Origin: Bacilli bacterium
GTDB taxonomy: Bacteria; Bacillota_I; Bacilli_A; RFN20; CAG-826
Assembly: GCA_017479485.1 (NCBI GenBank)
Contig: JAFVCC010000114.1
Span: 1,791 to 65,790 of the forward strand
Direction: 5' to 3'
Length of the DNA stretch: 64,000 bases
The notes beneath the pieces were generated by a model, which worked only from the letters and a program-made list of their open reading frames with translations, did not search any database and had not been told where the DNA came from. Shown piece by piece: positions 35,866 through 44,429 of the stretch (the stretch's first letter is position 1; each line of letters opens with the position of its first letter). Both the position numbers and the translations under genes were made by a program.

Positions 35866-37104
35866 TTAGTAGGAAAGTTTGGAGATGTCGGTCCACGTAG
35901 AAACGATGTCTTTGACCTCGCTTCTGAAGGGCTCGGGGTCGGCGTTAGGTTCTTTCAGCGCCTTATCGATGAGCCCAGCAATCTGGACGGCTTGCGCTTT
36001 GGTGCAGCCACGGGAAGTCGCTGCAGCAAAGCCAATGCGAAGTCCCGAGGTGTATTTGGGTGAAAGCGTGTCGCCATGGATCATGTTCTTGTTCGTGGTG
36101 ATACCGACGGATTCTAGACGCGTCTGAGCTTCGAGGCCATTGATGCCGAAGGAATCCAAAACATTGAGCAGGAAGAGGTGGTTTTCCGTGCCCGAAACGT
36201 TGCAGCCAAGCCGGGCAAGCTCATCGTTGCACGCCTTGGTATTCTCGAGCAAACGGTCGAAATATTCGCGGAAAGATTCGCTATCGTCTTCTTTAAAGAC
36301 GACCGCTTTCGCCGCGATGACGTGCTCTAGCGGGCCGCCCTGGGTAAACGGGAAGACCGCGCTATTGATCTTTTTGTAGATGTCTGGGTCATTGGTCAGG
36401 ATAATGCCGCCGCGAGGCCCACGAAGGGTTTTATGGGTCGTCGAGGTAACGATGTCCGCGTAGTCGCAGGGGTTTTGGCATTTGCCTGCGGCGACTTGGC
36501 CCGCAATATGCGCCATATCCACCATGAAGCGGCAATGGGAGCCGGTTTCCACATTATAGGCGTCGATGATTTCGCGCATCTTGCGGAAGTCGATGGCGAA
36601 GGGATAGGCGCTATAGCCAGCGAGGAATAAATCCGGCTTTTCCTCATAGAGGCGTTGCTTGATGATTTCGTAGTCCAAATGGCCATCGTTTCCCAGCGGA
36701 TAAAACACAAAAGAGTAGGTATTTGCAGAGAAAGACACGTTGGAACCATGGGTTAGGTGCCCGCCGTCGTTCAACGTTAAAGAGAGCACTTTATCGCCCG
36801 GATTAATCAATGCGCGATACGCAGCAAAATTGGCTTGCGAGCCCGAATGGGGCTGAACGTTCGCATAGGCGACATGGAAGAGCTTCTTGCAGCGTTCGAT
36901 GGCCAGGTTTTCGACCTGGTCGACGACTTCGCATCCGCCATAATAACGGCGGCCAGGATAGCCTTCCGCATACTTCGCCGTAAAGATGCTTCCTTGAGCG
37001 GCACGAACATCCATCGAAGGATAATTCTCCGATGCAATAAGCTCGATGCCGTCGTTTTGACGTTCTAGTTCTAATGCTTCTAACTTTGCAATTTCGTGGT
37101 CCAT
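35866..37104 (-). CDS. glyA: Serine hydroxymethyltransferase
   Basis: 412 aa with the TTHKTLRGPRGG PLP-lysine motif and typical SHMT sequence throughout. Confidence 0.95.
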   Translation of the reverse strand: MDHEIAKLEALELERQNDGIELIASENYPSMDVRAAQGSIFTAKYAEGYPGRRYYGGCEVVDQVENLAIERCKKLFHVAYANVQPHSGSQANFAAYRALINPGDKVLSLTLNDGGHLTHGSNVSFSANTYSFVFYPLGNDGHLDYEIIKQRLYEEKPDLFLAGYSAYPFAIDFRKMREIIDAYNVETGSHCRFMVDMAHIAGQVAAGKCQNPCDYADIVTSTTHKTLRGPRGGIILTNDPDIYKKINSAVFPFTQGGPLEHVIAAKAVVFKEDDSESFREYFDRLLENTKACNDELARLGCNVSGTENHLFLLNVLDSFGINGLEAQTRLESVGITTNKNMIHGDTLSPKYTSGLRIGFAAATSRGCTKAQAVQIAGLIDKALKEPNADPEPFRSEVKDIVSTWTDISKLSY

Positions 37105-37111
37105 AATAGCC

Positions 37112-39034
37112 TCATTCCGCGGTTACTTGTCCGCCTGTATAGAGTTGATAATACTTCCCCTTCTGCGCGAGTAAAGCATCATGATCACCGCGTTCAATAA
37201 TATGGCCTCCCTCCAAAACAATAATTACATTGGAGTTTTTGACCGTGGATAGACGGTGAGCGATGACGAATACGGTACGTCCTTTCATGATGGCGTCCAT
37301 GCCTTTTTGCACGAGCGCCTCAGTGCGGGAGTCAATGGAGGAGGTTGCTTCATCCAGCACGAGCACCGGCGGATTCGCGCAGGCCGCACGAGCAATGGAT
37401 AGGAGCTGTCTCTGGCCTTGCGATAAACCCGCTCCTGCGCCATAAAGAACGGTATCGTAGCCTTCGGGAAGCATACGGATGAAATTGTCCGCATTGGCGA
37501 GTTCCGCGGCTTTTATGACGTCTTCGCGCGTCGCGTTGGGGTTGCCATAGGCAATATTATCTGCGACGGTACCCGTAAAGAGGTTCGTCTCCTGGAGAAC
37601 CATCCCCAAAGCGCGGCGGAGGTCGGCCTTTTTGATCTTGTTGATGTTGATGTCATCGAAGCGGATTTTGCCGTCTTCAATATCATAGAAGCGGTTCAAG
37701 AGGTTCGTGACCGTGGTCTTGCCCGCGCCGGTAGGACCGACGAAGGCAACCTTTTGGCCCGGTTTGGCATAGAGGCTAATGTCGTGGAGAACGATCTTCT
37801 CCGGCACATATCCAAAGTCGACGTTATAGAGGTCAATTTTGCCTTTGAGCCAAGTGAAATCGGTGCCCGAACCATCGGTGTGGGGATGTTTCCATGCCCA
37901 TTTGCCAGTGAAATGGTCCGTTTCAACAGGATTGCCGTTTTCGTCTTCGACTGCGTTGACCAAGGTGACATAGCCGTCGTCCTTCTCGGGCTTGGAATCC
38001 ATGAGCTCGAAGATACGGTAACCGCCCGCCATCGCCATGATGAGCATGTTGATGTTCATGGCCAACTGGGAAATCGGCATCGTGAAGGAACGGCCAAGCT
38101 GCATATAGGATAAGATGACACCTGGACTATTCATGACTCCATAGGCGATCGAAAGGCCGCCGATGAGCGCGAGAATGACGTATTGAAGGTTGGCCAAATT
38201 ATTGACTACAGGTCCCAAAATATTGGAGAATTGCACAGCTTTTGTGGTGTGATGGCATAATTCGTCGTTGAGTTTATCAAAGCCTTCTTCCACTTCTTTC
38301 TCGTGGTTGAAGACCTTGATGACTTTCTGTCCGGAAATCATTTCCTCGATGTAGCCGTTGGTGAGGCCGAGGTAACGTTGCTGACCGATGAAGTACTTGC
38401 TGGAGCGCTTGGTGACGCTTAAGACGACGAAGACAATGATGAAGAGGAAGGCGATGACAACAAGGATCAACTGCCACTCCTTGAGCATGATCATCGCGGC
38501 TAAGGAGGCTACCATGGTGATCAAGCTCTGGACGAGCATCGGAAGGACGCGGGAGATCATTTCGCGCAGGGCGTCGATGTCGTTGGTGTAGACCGACATG
38601 ATGTCGCCGACGGGGCGGTTATCGAAATAGGAGAGCGGGAGCTTTTCCATCTTCGCGAAGAGCTCATCGCGGAGCTTCTTCTGCGTTCCTTGACCAATCT
38701 GAGACACCAAAATCTGGTAGAAATAGGTGCAAATAACACCAAAGAGATAGATGCCCGCCATGATGATGACCAGCGTGGAAAGATCCATCGGAACACCATA
38801 TAACGCCGTGGGCTCTCCCTTAAGGGAGGGAGTGATGAATTGGTCGATGAGGACATCGCCGATAAAAACGTTGCCAATAACGCCAGCAGCAGAGGAAACC
38901 AAGATGCAGAACACCGCGAGCAAAAGCATCAGCGGATAGCTCTTAAACATCAAGGAAACGATGCGTTTAAGGATGGAGAAAGATTCTTTGGCCGAGAGCT
39001 TTTTCGCCCTGGGGTTCATATTATTCCGCGGCAT
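37112..39034 (-). CDS. ABC transporter permease/ATP-binding protein (exporter type, heterodimer partner 2)
   Basis: A six-TM domain plus NBD (GPTGAGKTT, LSQGQRQLLSIARA, LVLDEATSSID). The start is set at ATG 39034, behind GGAGGAGGTGA. The track's start at 39073 is probably too long. Confidence 0.88.
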   Translation of the reverse strand: MPRNNMNPRAKKLSAKESFSILKRIVSLMFKSYPLMLLLAVFCILVSSAAGVIGNVFIGDVLIDQFITPSLKGEPTALYGVPMDLSTLVIIMAGIYLFGVICTYFYQILVSQIGQGTQKKLRDELFAKMEKLPLSYFDNRPVGDIMSVYTNDIDALREMISRVLPMLVQSLITMVASLAAMIMLKEWQLILVVIAFLFIIVFVVLSVTKRSSKYFIGQQRYLGLTNGYIEEMISGQKVIKVFNHEKEVEEGFDKLNDELCHHTTKAVQFSNILGPVVNNLANLQYVILALIGGLSIAYGVMNSPGVILSYMQLGRSFTMPISQLAMNINMLIMAMAGGYRIFELMDSKPEKDDGYVTLVNAVEDENGNPVETDHFTGKWAWKHPHTDGSGTDFTWLKGKIDLYNVDFGYVPEKIVLHDISLYAKPGQKVAFVGPTGAGKTTVTNLLNRFYDIEDGKIRFDDININKIKKADLRRALGMVLQETNLFTGTVADNIAYGNPNATREDVIKAAELANADNFIRMLPEGYDTVLYGAGAGLSQGQRQLLSIARAACANPPVLVLDEATSSIDSRTEALVQKGMDAIMKGRTVFVIAHRLSTVKNSNVIIVLEGGHIIERGDHDALLAQKGKYYQLYTGGQVTAE

Positions 39035-40889
39035 CGAAGTCACCTCCTCCAATTTGGGTCTGATAGATTTCACGGTAGACGTCCGAGGTCTTCATGAGCT
39101 CGTCGTTGGTGCCTTTGGCGATGATTTTGCCATCGTCGAGGACAAGGATGATGTCGCAGTCCTTGATCGACAAGATGCGCTGAGCAACGATGAACTTGGT
39201 AACTTCGGGGATTTCCGTCTGGAAGGCATGACGAATCTCCGCATCCGTGAAGGTATCCACGGCGGAAGTCGAGTCATCCAAGATGAGTACTTTGGGTTTC
39301 TTTAGCAAGGCGCGAGCGATACATAGACGCTGCTTCTGACCGCCCGAAACATTGTTGCCGCCCTGCTCAATCGGCGCATCGAATCGGCCGGGCATACGAT
39401 CGATAAATTCATCAACACAGGCGAGTTTTGCAGCCTTTTCGATATCTTCTTCGGTCGCATCAGGGTTTCCCCAAAGCAAGTTGGAACGGATGGTTCCAGT
39501 GAACAAAACGTTCTTTTGAAGGACCACGGCAACCGAGTCGCGGAGCACTTTCAAGTCATATTCGCGGACGTCATGACCGCCGACTTTGACCGAACCTTCT
39601 TGTACGTCATAAAGACGAGCGATCATCGAGACGAACGTGGACTTCGAGGAGCCCGTCGCGCCGATGATTCCAACGGTGGAGCCCGAGGGAATATGGATAT
39701 TCACGTCATGGAGGACGTCCTTATCGCCGTTTTCGTTATAACGGAAGCAGACGTGATCGAATTCGACTTCACCATCCTTCACCTCCATCAACGGATTCTC
39801 CGGGGAGGCGAGGTCTGGGACTTCGTCGATCACTTCGCAGATACGTTCCGCGGAGTTGCGGGCGATGATGATCATGACAAAGGCCATCGAGACGAACATC
39901 AACGACATCAAAATCTGGTTGACGTAAGTAATCATCGAGGTCAAGGAGCCCGTATTGAAGGCATCTTTGGCGTTGCCCGTGACGTGGATGATGATGTAGG
40001 CGCCAAACCAAGAGATCAGCAGCACGCTGACGTAGACCGAGAACTGCATGACAGGGCTATTGAAGGCCAAGATGCGTTCGGCATGGACGAAGGAGCGATA
40101 GATGTATTTGGAGACGCCCTGGAACTTCTCGTTTTCATAGTCTTCGCGGCCATAGGACTTCACCACGCGGATGCCACGTAGGTTTTCTTCGACCGAGCCA
40201 TTAAGTCCGTCATATGCCTCGAAGACACGAACGAACACAGGGTGAACTTTAATCGCGACGAAGAAGAGCACGAAGCCAAGGAACGGGATAACTCCGAGGA
40301 AAATCAAAGAGAGCTGCCAGGATACCGTTGCGGCCATCACCAGCGCGAAAACCATCATTAGTGGCGAGCGCACGACCATGCGTACGATCATTTGAACCGA
40401 GTTTTGGACGTTGGTGACGTCGGTAGTCAAACGGGTGACGAGCGAAGGCGTGGAGAACTTATCGATGTTTTTGAAGGAATAGTCCTGAATCTTGTAGAAC
40501 ATCGCCTGACGTAAATTGCGGCCAAAAAGCGTGGATGCTTTCGCCGCCATAAAGCCCGCGACAATGCCTCCAGTGCAGCTGATGACCGCTAGGCCAAGCA
40601 TGATGCAGGCGTAGCCCCAAAGCTCCCCTACGTGGTCGACAATGGTAAATCCCGAAGCGACCATCTCTTCGGTCGGGTCGATCAACGGGATGAGATAGCT
40701 GCCGGCGACCCAGGGAATAAGGACTTCGCAAACAACTTCTAACGCGACGAAGAACCAAGCGAGAAAAACATATTTCCAAGAGCCGTTCAAATATGAGGCG
40801 AGGCTCTTAACGATTTTGATTTTCTTGCCGCGCTCGATCTCCTTTTGAGCTTTGCGATCGATGGCGTTAATCATTTCTTTATTGCCCAT
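39021..40889 (-). CDS. ABC transporter permease/ATP-binding protein (exporter type, heterodimer partner 1)
   Basis: TMD plus NBD (GATGSSKST, VSGGQKQRLCIARA, LILDDSTSAVD). Confidence 0.88.
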   Translation of the reverse strand: MGNKEMINAIDRKAQKEIERGKKIKIVKSLASYLNGSWKYVFLAWFFVALEVVCEVLIPWVAGSYLIPLIDPTEEMVASGFTIVDHVGELWGYACIMLGLAVISCTGGIVAGFMAAKASTLFGRNLRQAMFYKIQDYSFKNIDKFSTPSLVTRLTTDVTNVQNSVQMIVRMVVRSPLMMVFALVMAATVSWQLSLIFLGVIPFLGFVLFFVAIKVHPVFVRVFEAYDGLNGSVEENLRGIRVVKSYGREDYENEKFQGVSKYIYRSFVHAERILAFNSPVMQFSVYVSVLLISWFGAYIIIHVTGNAKDAFNTGSLTSMITYVNQILMSLMFVSMAFVMIIIARNSAERICEVIDEVPDLASPENPLMEVKDGEVEFDHVCFRYNENGDKDVLHDVNIHIPSGSTVGIIGATGSSKSTFVSMIARLYDVQEGSVKVGGHDVREYDLKVLRDSVAVVLQKNVLFTGTIRSNLLWGNPDATEEDIEKAAKLACVDEFIDRMPGRFDAPIEQGGNNVSGGQKQRLCIARALLKKPKVLILDDSTSAVDTFTDAEIRHAFQTEIPEVTKFIVAQRILSIKDCDIILVLDDGKIIAKGTNDELMKTSDVYREIYQTQIGGGDFDAAE

Positions 40890-41322
40890 TTTTGCTCCTT
40901 TCCGCGTTGGCGATGATTCGCTCTAACGCTTTACGTAATACCGCTTCTTCTTCTGCATTCACGCCTTCTAGAAGCGTTTGGTCGAAGGCTTTTGCTCTGT
41001 TTTGCGTGTCCTCGATGATGGAACGTCCTAAATCGGTGATGCAGATGTGTTTCTTACGTCGGTCTTCCTCGCAGTTAACTAGTTCGATGTATCCGCCTTC
41101 TTCTAGAGCAGATAACGACTCCGAGATGGAAGACTTCGACCGGCATTGAAACGATTGCAAGTCGGCGCTTGTGGCCTCGGGGTGATTGCTGAGATAGAAA
41201 AGCAAGTGCCTTTCCTGAGGCCGTGGGCCGTCTGGAGAGGTAGATGCAAAATGCTCGTCGAAGGCGACACGGATTTGTTTGTTCGTTTCTTTGATCAGCA
41301 GGAGAGTTGGTAATTCGCACAT
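40879..41322 (-). CDS. MarR-family transcriptional regulator
   Basis: 147 aa winged-HTH protein (RHLLFYLSNHPEATSADLQ ... LEEGGYIE). It heads the ABC pair. Confidence 0.8.
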   Translation of the reverse strand: MCELPTLLLIKETNKQIRVAFDEHFASTSPDGPRPQERHLLFYLSNHPEATSADLQSFQCRSKSSISESLSALEEGGYIELVNCEEDRRKKHICITDLGRSIIEDTQNRAKAFDQTLLEGVNAEEEAVLRKALERIIANAERSKNGQ

Positions 41323-41326
41323 AATT

Positions 41327-41340
41327 GTTCGGCGTCGAAC
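41327..41340. promoter_or_regulatory. Candidate MarR operator: inverted repeat GTTCG-N4-CGAAC next to a TAAAAT -10 box
   Basis: The plus strand reads gttcggcgtcgaac, 4 nt upstream of the marR start codon. The -10-like TAAAAT is at 41342-41347 on the minus strand. Confidence 0.4.
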
Positions 41341-41365
41341 TATTTTAGACTTTATGCGGAACCGT

Positions 41366-41890
41366 TCAATTCTTTGTAAGCGCTTCGCCCCAAATTTTGA
41401 TTAGGTCATCCATCTTGGTTGCTGCGTTGGCAGGCGAAGTTGAAGGTAAAACCAAATAAGGGAATCCTTTTTCAACTAGTTCTTTTTGAAATTTGATGAA
41501 AAGTTTGCCCGCAGTCTTACCGTTGAGGAAAATCTTTCGAATCTTCGTTCGAGACAAAATCGAAAAAATGTCGGTGGCTACTACATTTTTTATCGATGCG
41601 TCGCTGCTGCCAATAATGTCACAAGACTCGATTACATCATATAGAGCAATGTGTGCATCATGCAGAAAAAGTCGCTTTTTATCGATACCTGAAGGGATAT
41701 TTACTTTGTAAATCGCGCTTAAAACACCCCAAAACCGATTTTGTGGATGCCCATAATAGAAGCTTACTGCCCTGGATTTGACGCTAGGAAAGGATCCAAG
41801 AATAAGTATTTCCGAGCCTTCATCATAGCAAGCAGGAAAGCCGTGCTCGAGATGCTGGTACTTAGAGTTTGGTTTCTCTTTCGATGCCAT
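41366..41890 (-). CDS. Uracil-DNA-glycosylase-superfamily protein, family-6-like (DNA-deoxyinosine / hypoxanthine-DNA glycosylase)
   Basis: 174 aa with ILILGSFPSVKSR and FYYGHPQNRFW motifs, typical of that clade. It overlaps the dusB 3' end by 29 nt. Confidence 0.65.
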   Translation of the reverse strand: MASKEKPNSKYQHLEHGFPACYDEGSEILILGSFPSVKSRAVSFYYGHPQNRFWGVLSAIYKVNIPSGIDKKRLFLHDAHIALYDVIESCDIIGSSDASIKNVVATDIFSILSRTKIRKIFLNGKTAGKLFIKFQKELVEKGFPYLVLPSTSPANAATKMDDLIKIWGEALTKN

Positions 41891-42839
41891 TAAAGATGGC
41901 CTCCATTTCGTTTTTGTTTGACATATTTATGGTGAAGGCAAGGCGGAACTTCTTATACCCGGGGAACCCCGAGAAGAAATGAGGGAGAATTCCTTTTAGT
42001 TCTCTAATGGCAATGTCCTCTCCTTTTAAATCGATCAGTTTCTGGGCGTAAGCACGGGCATAACGAATCTGGTCCGCGACCGTAGAATCAGGCAAGCGCT
42101 CTCCTGTTTTGAAATAGTGATCGATCTGCGTGATCAGGAACGGATTCCCGACTCCGCCTCGGGCGACCATCACGCCGTCAGCATGGGTTATATTGACACT
42201 ATTTATCGCGTCATCTAACGCAAAGATATCGCCCGATACAAATAGGGGTATTTGTAGGATTTCCTTTAGTCCGGAAATAGCATGATAATCCGCCTTCCCC
42301 GAATATCCCTGCTCCTTCGTGCGGCAGTGAACCGTGATGGCTTTGACGCCAGCTTTTTCCAGCGCCTCCGACACTTCAAAGACATTTATGCTTTGGTCGT
42401 CCCAGCCCAACCTGATCTTGGCAGTAACCGGTTTTTTAGAGAGCTCGCAGATTGCCTTCGTATATTCAAATAGCTTGGGTATATCTCGAAGCCAAGAAGA
42501 ACCGGCGCCTGTCTTAGTTACCTTATGAACTGGGCATCCAAAATTGAGATCTAAAATGTCAAATTTGGCGCAATTCTCGATTATTTGAATCGCTTTTGCG
42601 GAATTTTTGATATCGAAACCGAATAATTGAAGTCCTACTGGGACATCTAGTTCGCTCGTCTTAAGGTAGTCTAAGGTCTTTTGGTTTTCATAGGCAATGC
42701 CACAGTCGGAGATCATTTCGGAATAGGATAAAGCGACACCAAACGGCTTCATAAATTCTCGGTATGCCAAAGAAGTAATCCCGGCCATAGGCCCCAAGAT
42801 GACATTGCCATTTAATTCTACGTTTCCAATCTTAATCAT
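41862..42839 (-). CDS. dusB: tRNA-dihydrouridine synthase (DusB-like)
   Basis: 325 aa FMN TIM-barrel protein (LGPMAGITSLAYR, DLNFGCPVHKV, TVHCRT). Confidence 0.88.
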   Translation of the reverse strand: MIKIGNVELNGNVILGPMAGITSLAYREFMKPFGVALSYSEMISDCGIAYENQKTLDYLKTSELDVPVGLQLFGFDIKNSAKAIQIIENCAKFDILDLNFGCPVHKVTKTGAGSSWLRDIPKLFEYTKAICELSKKPVTAKIRLGWDDQSINVFEVSEALEKAGVKAITVHCRTKEQGYSGKADYHAISGLKEILQIPLFVSGDIFALDDAINSVNITHADGVMVARGGVGNPFLITQIDHYFKTGERLPDSTVADQIRYARAYAQKLIDLKGEDIAIRELKGILPHFFSGFPGYKKFRLAFTINMSNKNEMEAIFNGIERETKL

Positions 42840-43581
42840 CGGTATTGGCCTCCGGTATTAATTCATCTACTTCTTCCGGCAAAGCGCGCCTTAATAAACT
42901 ACGGATTTTTGCTTCGCATCTTCGGCGTTTTGCATAGTTATATGTTGTTATTATATTGACATTATTTGCACTAATAATATTCAGTAGGTTTTCAGCGATA
43001 TCTACATGTGGGTAAAGGCAATCGAACAGTTTGTCGGACACCGAATCAACAAGTAGTTTTTCGAGACAAAACAGTCCGTCTTTTCGAACTGGGCTCTTAG
43101 AGAATAGGGGCTTCAGAACGATTGCGTTCGGTTTCATGTAGTAGTCGAGTTCGTGCGAGGTCGGAGTAATCAGCACATCACGCTTACTCCACTCTCTAAG
43201 TTTCATATAGCAGGGGAACAGATCTCTTTTCGTAACCTCGACGATAAAGCAGTTGTCTCCGCCTTCCATACCAAGCTGTTCATTGACAAAATTTGTTTCG
43301 ATACAAGCAAACTGAGAAAAGGGGAATTCACTTAATAAACGGGTGAGAATTTTCTTATTCCCGGGCTGTAGCTCCATTTGGAATTGCCCTTTGCCTTTTG
43401 CATAAAAACCGTTGCCTAAGGCTCGAATGTAACCTTGCTGTTTTAAGGTGCCAATTACCCAGTCACAGGAGGATGGAGTATACGCGGGAAAGAAACGATA
43501 AATGATGTCATATAACGCGAAACGTGAGTAGATTTCATCTGTCATCGCGTCAACGATTTGATCAAAGCGTTCTTGAGGCAT
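42832..43581 (-). CDS. Hypothetical protein (249 aa) with an AbiEi/DUF6088-like N-terminal winged-helix pattern
   Basis: The N-terminal segment (...VIGTLKQQGYIRALGNGFYAKG) resembles the wHTH plus G-x-Y signature of AbiEi-type antitoxin N-domains, but the similarity is weak and pattern-level only. AT-rich gene. 8-nt overlap with the dusB start. Confidence 0.35.
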   Translation of the reverse strand: MPQERFDQIVDAMTDEIYSRFALYDIIYRFFPAYTPSSCDWVIGTLKQQGYIRALGNGFYAKGKGQFQMELQPGNKKILTRLLSEFPFSQFACIETNFVNEQLGMEGGDNCFIVEVTKRDLFPCYMKLREWSKRDVLITPTSHELDYYMKPNAIVLKPLFSKSPVRKDGLFCLEKLLVDSVSDKLFDCLYPHVDIAENLLNIISANNVNIITTYNYAKRRRCEAKIRSLLRRALPEEVDELIPEANTDD

Positions 43582-43835
43582 GGAGGTATTATACTACGAC
43601 TACATACATTTAGCCACTTTTCTATAATGTGGCTATTTATATATTATCGCAGTTTCCTCTTTTATCTCGATGAATACTATGTTTTCATTCAAATAATCAT
43701 TCCTATTGTTTTAGGGAATCGGTCTTTATCAAGTCGAACGGTATTTCGCCGCGAATTTAGGGCTATTTGACTTATACCAAGCATTATATTTCTCTAAAAT
43801 TTCCAGCAGAATCTGGGGCCATATTTCTTGTCGAC

Positions 43836-43881
43836 GAACAACAAAAACGAACTACGAAATTGTAATTTTGTAGCCCTTCGT
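43836..43881 (-). terminator. Strong hairpin plus T-tract (minus strand) at the end of the small ORF
   Basis: On the plus strand, ACGAA-CTACGAAATT-gt-AATTTTGTAG-ccc-TTCGT. On the minus strand, the stem is followed by GTTTTTGTTGTT. Confidence 0.6.
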
Positions 43882-44178
43882 TCTGGTTGAAGTTTCACCT
43901 GCTGATAATGATTTATTTGGACGTATTCCGCAGTATTGTTGCTCAGCCTGTTCAAATTGGCTCAAAGCTAGTGAGCCATGAGCATCAGATTGAGAGATCG
44001 TTTTTAATCGTTGACGCGTTTTAGATGCTTTGATAAGCCCGTCAAAGCGGTCCACGCAGCACATGTAGTTCGTTTGATAAATACGCATTGCTGCCACCGT
44101 AACCTTTGTTCTTATCCATAATAAAGAAGCACAAACCAAGGGCATCACTTTGCTGGTTTTCTTATTTAGATTTTCCAA
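43852..44178 (-). CDS. Questionable small ORF (108 aa from TTG; 97 aa from the internal ATG), no family recognised
   Basis: It is the only ORF of 60 aa or more in the 850-bp spacer and ends inside a terminator hairpin. It has no convincing RBS and I recognise no motifs. It may be a gene remnant or non-coding. Confidence 0.25.
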   Translation of the reverse strand: MENLNKKTSKVMPLVCASLLWIRTKVTVAAMRIYQTNYMCCVDRFDGLIKASKTRQRLKTISQSDAHGSLALSQFEQAEQQYCGIRPNKSLSAGETSTRTKGYKITIS

Positions 44179-44352
44179 AGACAGCTTTTTCTAATTCCCC
44201 GAGAAAGTCACGCAGCCCTGAGACGGCCCCAAAAACTCCATAATGGCCCTCTAGGCCTTTTTCCGGCCTTTTTCAACATATTTATATGTTGTAACGATTT
44301 CTTCGCTCTAGACGGCAATTTTGATGCTCACAATGCCCCATAACACTTCTTG

Positions 44353-44404
44353 ACCGCACCCAGGGTAAAGCAAAAGCGCAGCCTAACGCGATTAAAGGCG
44401 ATTT
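44353..44404 (-). terminator. Terminator of ftsH
   Basis: The minus strand reads AAGCGCAGCC-(21 nt)-GGCTGCGCTT followed by TTGCTTT. Confidence 0.6.
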
Positions 44405-44429
44405 GGCTGCGCTTATGGAGATTGATGGA

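Noticed and set aside
43558-43770. A hydrophobic 70-aa plus-strand ORF as a type I toxin.
   Set aside because: It has a TTG start with no RBS in register, overlaps the start of the 249-aa gene, and its composition reflects AT-rich sequence (Phe, Ile and Tyr codons). No cognate antisense RNA signal is discernible.
43640-43775. A possible purine or other riboswitch in the putative long leader of the 249-aa gene. A TATAAGTC...GACTTGATA P1-like pairing is present.
   Set aside because: The enclosed sequence lacks the conserved loop-loop and junction nucleotides of purine, preQ1 or the other classes I can recall. Without a covariance-model search this is unsupported.
44112-44120. A DnaA-box-like nonamer (TTATCCATA) in the AT-rich spacer, suggesting an origin.
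   Set aside because: It is a single one-mismatch box with no cluster. Neither dnaA nor dnaN is nearby, and I found no AT-rich unwinding repeats.
42832-44178. The 249-aa wHTH protein and the 108-aa ORF as an AbiE (type IV) toxin-antitoxin pair.
   Set aside because: The small ORF has no nucleotidyltransferase (AbiEii) motifs and is too short. It is separated from the 249-aa gene by a terminator and 270 nt, and it lies upstream rather than downstream of the putative antitoxin.
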